DNA of 49,612 nt from Candidatus Gottesmanbacteria bacterium UBA6580 (lineage in GTDB: Bacteria > Patescibacteriota > Microgenomatia > UBA10105 > UBA927). Both the position numbers and the translations under genes were made by a program. Below the pieces are notes generated by a model. That model was not told where the DNA came from and did not search any database. It saw only the letters and a list, made by a program, of their open reading frames with translations. Shown here in pieces: positions 45,314 through 49,612 of the stretch; position 1 is the first letter of the stretch, and each line of letters begins with the position of its first letter. Where the stretch lies: positions 69,883 through 119,494 of the forward strand of contig DJJA01000005.1 in the NCBI GenBank assembly GCA_002433895.1, written 5' to 3'.

Positions 45314-45403
45314 GTCGCGGAGGTGTGGCTAGTTAAGTGAACCCTTCGCGACACTTTGTAGGAAAAGCGTTGGGGAAAAACCCTCGGTTTTACCCCAAAG
45401 GTT
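45314..45403 (+). ncRNA. Structured two-hairpin 5' leader fused to tRNA-Gln (paralog of 45087-45198)
   Basis: TAAATA at 45306-45311. Hairpin 1 is 45314-45323/45343-45352 and hairpin 2 is 45370-45382/45386-45398. Confidence 0.55.
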
Positions 45404-45475
45404 TGCGGGGTCGTTCAACGGTAGGACACCTGCCTTTGGAGCAGGGTATTCTTGGTTCGAATCCAAGCCCCGCAG
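45404..45475 (+). tRNA. tRNA-Gln (anticodon UUG)
   Basis: U1-A72 acceptor TGCGGGG/CCCCGCA, anticodon stem CCTGC/GCAGG, loop CTTTGGA, discriminator G. Confidence 0.9.
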
Positions 45476-45488
45476 CACATAGACAAAT

Positions 45489-45510
45489 ATGCCCGAGAGG
45501 GCATTTTTTG
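45489..45510 (+). terminator. Intrinsic terminator after the tRNA cluster
   Basis: ATGCCC-GAGA-GGGCAT followed by TTTTT. Confidence 0.75.
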
Positions 45511-45534
45511 TATAGAGAACTTCGGGAATACACC

Positions 45535-45974
45535 ATGAACAACACTTACAACGAATTATTCTCCTCACTCTCAGCCGTCATCGAAAATTTTATTCAGGAA
45601 GTAAAAAATAAGAAATCTGACAGTATGACCGGCGATGAATGGAGTGTCAAAGATCAGCTGTGCCACATCGTTTTTGGCACGAAAATTATGCCGCGAATTA
45701 CGAAGCATTGGCGGCACATCGAGTTCCTCCCATACCTGAGGGCATGTCTACGATAAACATGGCAGGTGTATTATCACTACGAAAAACGCCGGTACGCACG
45801 CTTATCATGTGACTTCGAAAAGCAAATAAATCGCTCTATGTAAGTACCGTGGTAGATAACGTCCCGCGGATGACCTACAGTAAGGGTGGACGTGTCTATG
45901 AAACGGCCGACTTTCTCGCCATGATCACCAGACACATAGCAAACCACACACAACAAGTAAAAAGAGCGAAATAA
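45535..45974 (+). pseudogene. DinB-superfamily (DinB_2/YfiT-like) gene disrupted by a 1-nt frameshift in a T5 run and an in-frame TGA
   Basis: Frame 1 reads MNNTYNELF..DEWSVKDQLCHIVF up to the T-run at 45671-45675. The adjacent frame reads WHENYAANYEALAAH..RTLIM-TGA(45810-45812)-LRKANKSLY..ADFLAMITRHIANHTQQVKRAK-TAA. Joined, they give a ~146-aa four-helix DinB-like protein with the expected His positions. Confidence 0.6.
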
Positions 45975-46013
45975 ATTTATTTTATTCATCCACATTTTAT
46001 TCAATTTCGTCTA

Positions 46014-46041
46014 TTGATCGTGCCTGATTTATCCGTATAAT
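46014..46041 (+). promoter_or_regulatory. Sigma70-like promoter of the ATP-grasp gene
   Basis: TTGATC, 16-nt spacer, TATAAT, about 35 nt upstream of ATG 46076. Confidence 0.5.
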
Positions 46042-46075
46042 TTGACAAAGCTATAAAAATTTGTTGTTGTAATAC

Positions 46076-47125
46076 ATGCACAATATGAAATCAAAAAAAC
46101 ACAGTAAACGCGCAAAGAAAATATTTACTATTGCTATCCTGTATCACTACGTCCCAAAAGAAATAAAAGACGAGTATTTCAGTGAGGAACACGCGCTGGT
46201 CGACAACCAAACCGACGATATCGTCAAATATATGAAGACCCTGTTTCAAAAACGGGGATATAAGGTACAAATTATCAAAGTAAAACCAGACGATTTATCG
46301 GAGCTCAAAAACCTTAAGGCAGATTTTGTTTTTAATCTGGTGGATAGTAAAAAAATGGAAGTGGAGATTGCCAAAATATTGGGGCGACTTCATATCCCAT
46401 ATTCAGGTTCTTCATTCAAAGCAATACAAATTTCAAATAACAAACTAAAAACCAAAAAACTCTTTGAAAAAAACGCGCTCCCCACACCCAAATACACCAT
46501 TATCCGACTGCATGACCGTATCAGCCGCAAATTACTGCCGGGAAAATTTCCTATTATCGTAAAACCCGCGTTTGAACATTGCAGTATAGGAATAACCAAT
46601 AAATCTATCGCAACGACCTATGAACAATTTAAAAAAATAATCCAACGGATGCGCATTGACCATAAGCAGGCGTTGCTCGCCGAAGAATTTATCGCCGGAA
46701 AAGAATTACAGGTAACCGTTTTGGAAACACCCACGAAAACTTACGCGCTGCCGATTGCTGAAATTGCGTTCCGCAGCAAAGGAAAGAATAAATGGAATAT
46801 CTATGGATTTGATGAAAAATGGACAAAAAATACTGCTGCGTATCAAAGTTGCCACTTTATCGCCCCGCCCAAAGAGCTAAAGGAAATTATCGATACCGGT
46901 ATACGGAAAGACTCCATCCGCGCGTTTTACGCACTTGGGCTCCGGGACTACGCCCGGTTTGATCTCCGGTTTAACACAAAAAATAATATGTGGTATTTCC
47001 TGGAAGCAAACGCCAACGCGGGTTTTGACCCTGATCCACGGGACGCGATGACGGCGAGTATTAAAGCACACGGCATGACGCTGGATGATTTTGTGGTGCA
47101 GATAGTCCGCAACTCATTGCATTAA
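46076..47125 (+). CDS. ATP-grasp enzyme, D-alanine--D-alanine ligase family-like
   Basis: ..VFNLV..G..IPYSGSS..ISNNKLKTKKLF..LPTP.., ..FPIIVKPAFEHCSIGI.., ..LAEEFIAGKELQVTVL.. and ..ARFDLRF......YFLEANANAG. The gene is visibly AT-rich. Confidence 0.7.
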   Translation: MHNMKSKKHSKRAKKIFTIAILYHYVPKEIKDEYFSEEHALVDNQTDDIVKYMKTLFQKRGYKVQIIKVKPDDLSELKNLKADFVFNLVDSKKMEVEIAKILGRLHIPYSGSSFKAIQISNNKLKTKKLFEKNALPTPKYTIIRLHDRISRKLLPGKFPIIVKPAFEHCSIGITNKSIATTYEQFKKIIQRMRIDHKQALLAEEFIAGKELQVTVLETPTKTYALPIAEIAFRSKGKNKWNIYGFDEKWTKNTAAYQSCHFIAPPKELKEIIDTGIRKDSIRAFYALGLRDYARFDLRFNTKNNMWYFLEANANAGFDPDPRDAMTASIKAHGMTLDDFVVQIVRNSLH

Positions 47126-47144
47126 TGTATAATAGATTACCGAT

Positions 47145-47603
47145 ATGAAAACACTTATCCTCTACGGCACATTATCAGGTTCCACAATGACCGCGGCGGA
47201 ACTCGTTGGCTCCACCCTCAGAGAGGCGGGACATGATACAAATGTCGTCTCCATCGAAAGCGCTACAAAGGATTTGGTAACGGCGCACGACGCCCTGATT
47301 ATTGCTTCTCCCAGCTGGGAAGACGAAGGAAAAGATGGTCAGCCGTTGCCTGAAATACGCAAATTTCTGGAAAGCCTCACCACTGCTGACCTGACGGGTA
47401 AAAAAATCGCTGTGGTAGGATTGGGTGATATTGCGTACCCGCATTTTTGTGGCGCGGTCGATGTACTTGAGGCAAAATTGAAAGAATTAGGAGTGACCCC
47501 TGCCACTGCGTCATTACGGGTTGACCGTTATTATTCCTTGCCGGACAACGAACAAAAGGTAAAGGATTGGTCGGCAAATTTTGCCAAAGCAGTCACCACA
47601 TAA
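47145..47603 (+). CDS. Flavodoxin (short-chain)
   Basis: MKTLILYGTLSGSTMTAAE (FMN phosphate loop), ..ASPSWEDEG.. and ..VVGLGD..YPHFCGA.. Confidence 0.85.
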   Translation: MKTLILYGTLSGSTMTAAELVGSTLREAGHDTNVVSIESATKDLVTAHDALIIASPSWEDEGKDGQPLPEIRKFLESLTTADLTGKKIAVVGLGDIAYPHFCGAVDVLEAKLKELGVTPATASLRVDRYYSLPDNEQKVKDWSANFAKAVTT

Positions 47604-47654
47604 TGCTCCGCGTTCTCCTTCAAAAGATTTGATGCTATAATAAAGTCCTGTTTT

Positions 47655-47736
47655 GCGGGCGTGGTGAAACTGGTAGACACGCAGTCTTGAGGAGGCTGTG
47701 CCGTAAGGCTTGGAGGTTCAAGTCCTCTCGCCCGCA
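47655..47736 (+). tRNA. tRNA-Leu (anticodon GAG), class II with long variable arm
   Basis: Acceptor GCGGGCG/CGCCCGC, anticodon stem CAGTC/GGCTG, loop TTGAGGA, 13-nt variable arm, T arm GGAGG-TTCAAGT-CCTCT. TATAAT lies 16 nt upstream. Confidence 0.9.
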
Positions 47737-49253
47737 CAAGAAGAGATAGCACCGTTATCAAAGGTGCAAATTGATTGATATAACGGGCTAATCTCACGGT
47801 TCAATGTACCATTTTGGCTCCAAGCCAGTCCTAAGGGAAAGATTGAACCCAGGAGCACTTTGATCTGGCTAATGCTCGATCTTTTGTAAGCTTCTCCCAA
47901 ATCAGCAAGTAAAGTCCTTATAAAAGTGGTCACGTCATCGATGTTATATCTATCAATTGTGGCGTCATTTTTTACCACCTGAGCTTTAACCATTCTGTCC
48001 TCAACTACTGCGTTTTGTTCCTTAAATACTTCGTCTGAATATACTCCAGCAAGATTCTTTTCCACTAGAGTTTGTCTGAGAGCCTTTAAGGTCGCAATTT
48101 CCTGATCTGCCTGGCCTTTAATCTTCTGCAATCTTGTCAGACGTGTGTGGTAGGTGCGGTATAAAAAGGCGATAAATAGATCGAGACATTCTTTTCTAGG
48201 TGTTACCGTTTTGAGCGATTCTATAAGTGATCCCTCTAGTACTTCAGCTTTAGCTGCAACACCCTTACAGATCCCACCACAGCGATAGTATGCGTACTTT
48301 GCATGGCGACCTTTACTCCAGCCTCCAGTCATTCCTGTACCGCATTCCTTACACCTAACTATTCGTCGCAATGGAAAATCCGGATTAGAGTGAACTCTTT
48401 TAGCGAGAGCTACTTTATTGGGGTTCCTGCCATCTAAAATTGCTTGTACTCGGTAAAATTGCTCCTCTGTAATCATTGGCACATGCTGAGCCTTAACTTC
48501 CTCACGATAAGTTTTTGAAGTTAAGAGTCCTAAATAAAACTTACTTCGGAACAATACGTTAACTCGTTGTGCCCTGATGTTATATTCTCTTTTTCCGTGG
48601 TGCTCTTTCATGCCCCAAGTGTTCATGAGGTCAGCCATCTCTTGAAGGCTTTTACTGCCAGTTGCCATAAGACCCCAGGCCTTCTTCATCAAATCATAGG
48701 TTTTAGGATCTTTGATCGCATATCCAGCTTGAACTAAATACCCGAGCGGTACTTGACCAGTCACTATCATCCCCGACAAGAATCTTGCCTTTAAGCCGTT
48801 TCGCGATCTTTCACTTCGGATGTCATTATCTAACTGAGCAAACCCAGCTAGGATTGTCTCCACTAACTTTTCAGTAGGACTATCTCCGGTTGGTTCGGTT
48901 GCGGAGACAATTGTGACTCCATTTTCAGTGAGTTTCTTCCTAATTGCCAAGTAATCTGCTGTAATTCTAGAAACTCTATCAAGTCTATAAACAAATACCG
49001 CTTGTACCCGGTGTTTTTGCTTTCGGCAGAACTCAAGGAGCTGGATTAGTACTGGTCTACCAGTTATTGTTTTTGCTGAACGACCTTCTTCTCGAAATAC
49101 TTCCGTAATCTGATATCCTCTTTTTTCTGCTTCTTTTCTACAAATTTCCTCTTGAGTATCAAGTGAAAAGTTATCGACTTGTTCTTCTGTTGAAACCCGA
49201 AGATAAAGTACTGCCTTTTTACCATCTGCATATATTGCATTTGTTGTATTCAT
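47718..49253 (-). CDS. Large serine recombinase (phage-integrase type)
   Basis: Resolvase catalytic domain (AVLYLRVSTEEQ, ..VYRLDRVSR..), a recombinase domain, a zinc ribbon (RCKECGTGM..YYRCGGICKG) and a coiled-coil tail. The last 19 nt, including the stop codon, overlap the tRNA-Leu 3' end. Confidence 0.9.
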   Translation of the reverse strand: MNTTNAIYADGKKAVLYLRVSTEEQVDNFSLDTQEEICRKEAEKRGYQITEVFREEGRSAKTITGRPVLIQLLEFCRKQKHRVQAVFVYRLDRVSRITADYLAIRKKLTENGVTIVSATEPTGDSPTEKLVETILAGFAQLDNDIRSERSRNGLKARFLSGMIVTGQVPLGYLVQAGYAIKDPKTYDLMKKAWGLMATGSKSLQEMADLMNTWGMKEHHGKREYNIRAQRVNVLFRSKFYLGLLTSKTYREEVKAQHVPMITEEQFYRVQAILDGRNPNKVALAKRVHSNPDFPLRRIVRCKECGTGMTGGWSKGRHAKYAYYRCGGICKGVAAKAEVLEGSLIESLKTVTPRKECLDLFIAFLYRTYHTRLTRLQKIKGQADQEIATLKALRQTLVEKNLAGVYSDEVFKEQNAVVEDRMVKAQVVKNDATIDRYNIDDVTTFIRTLLADLGEAYKRSSISQIKVLLGSIFPLGLAWSQNGTLNREISPLYQSICTFDNGAISSCAGERT

Positions 49254-49597
49254 CTTGCTCCTTTCTCATGTAGTAATTCTTGGAGTGTTAATCCATCAAA
49301 AATATTTCGCTCGTATTCATCTAGCCAAGATTCCGTCAGATATTCGACCTCTGTAATTACGTCATTAAGTTCTGTTTCGGTAAACTGGGTAGCCAATGAT
49401 CCTAAAGCGTCTTTGGCAAGTTTGATCCGTTTATCTGCCTGTTTTTGCTCTGGAAATATTGCTTCAAGTGATTGAGAAATTGTCGGTGTTTGATTATATT
49501 TAAAAGTTGATCGACCGACAGGTTGAAGATATGGCTGAACGATTTCCTGTCTGGTATATTGTTGTTGGATGTGTACTAATTCTAGGCTCATGGGCAT
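49250..49597 (-). CDS. Hypothetical protein translationally coupled upstream of the serine recombinase
   Basis: 115-aa ORF. Its stop overlaps the recombinase ATG (ATGA). Same AT-rich composition as the recombinase. Confidence 0.5.
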   Translation of the reverse strand: MPMSLELVHIQQQYTRQEIVQPYLQPVGRSTFKYNQTPTISQSLEAIFPEQKQADKRIKLAKDALGSLATQFTETELNDVITEVEYLTESWLDEYERNIFDGLTLQELLHEKGAR

Positions 49598-49612
49598 GTA
49601 TCAACTATAAAT

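Larger units (their letters stand above)
47718..49612. mobile_element. Left end of an integrated element (prophage or integrative element) inserted at the 3' end of tRNA-Leu; continues beyond the window
   Basis: There is an abrupt switch to AT-rich sequence right after the tRNA, and a serine integrase gene abuts and overlaps the tRNA. Confidence 0.6.

Noticed and set aside
44771-45756. Track ORFs 44771-45235 (minus), 45329-45568 (minus), 45337-45756 (plus) and 44682-44975 (plus), which cover the tRNA cluster.
   Set aside because: They read straight through four well-folding tRNA genes and their leaders and have junk-like composition. Only the 3' part of 45337-45756 (from ATG 45535) is real, as the N-terminal piece of the DinB-family pseudogene.
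11725-45812. Alternative genetic code with TGA as a sense codon (code 4 or 25, as in some CPR lineages), suggested by in-frame TGAs in the STAS and DinB-family genes.
   Set aside because: All long conserved genes (uvrA at 975 aa, ppsA, uvrB, eno and others) are uninterrupted under the standard code. TGA also clearly terminates several genes, including ATGA stop/start overlaps at 4316-4319, 43167-43170 and 49250-49253. Two isolated cases fit pseudogenes or errors better than a reassignment.
45777-46004. Track ORF on the minus strand (75 aa).
   Set aside because: It lies antisense to the much more convincing C-terminal half of the DinB-family gene (..ITRHIANHTQQVKRAK).
1-49612. CRISPR arrays, retron msr/msd with a reverse transcriptase, DGR template/variable repeats, IS elements with terminal inverted repeats, and rRNA, tmRNA, RNase P or SRP RNA genes.
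   Set aside because: Scanning by eye found no regularly spaced repeats, no reverse transcriptase or transposase ORFs, and none of the conserved cores (for example GGAAAGTCC of RNase P, or the tRNA-like GGGG..CCACCA ends of tmRNA). A computational scan could still find degenerate cases.

Overview
The window is mostly housekeeping genes, densely packed on both strands. By inference it comes from a reduced-genome, Patescibacteria/CPR-like bacterium: Obg, UvrC and HolA are short, leaders are very short, and carbon metabolism is salvage- and fermentation-oriented.

Recognisable blocks:
- An envelope-glycan cluster: partial P-type ATPase, CelD-like GNAT, PIG-L deacetylase, GT39.
- A pyrimidine-salvage pair: a UPRT-like protein and cdd.
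- obg, a cold-shock protein and a DEAD-box helicase.
- A small-ORF + dinB operon.
- A SAM riboswitch + metK, then rarA, NUDIX and holA.
- A hexose-phosphate cluster: PMM/PGM, PMI, a SIS-like protein and HAD.
- ppsA-eno-gpmI-acs.
- A concentrated repair locus: lexA <> uvrB-orf-uvrA-transglutaminase-uvrC.
- yvcK-secG and a substrate-binding protein.
- A tRNA cluster (Val, Phe, Gly, Gln), plus tRNA-Glu and tRNA-Leu elsewhere.

Accessory or unusual parts are as follows.
1. Paralogous two-hairpin structured leaders are fused to tRNA-Gly and tRNA-Gln, and a related 5' motif sits ahead of tRNA-Glu.
2. An orphan duplicate of the tRNA-Glu 5' end is separated from the real gene by a 112-nt palindrome-dense insert. 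A visibly AT-rich islet follows the tRNA.
3. An AT-rich integrated element at the right edge carries a large serine recombinase whose ORF reads into the 3' end of tRNA-Leu.
4. Two small genes (STAS and DinB-superfamily) are interrupted by in-frame TGA codons, although TGA is clearly a stop elsewhere.
5. A divergent UPRT-like protein with an N-terminal extension is flanked by ~300-350 bp gaps with no convincing ORF.

I do not see a clear-cut multi-gene defence-type system, CRISPR array, retron or DGR. The structured tRNA leaders and the tRNA-linked rearrangements are the least explained signals. All homology calls come from reading motifs by eye, with no database search.
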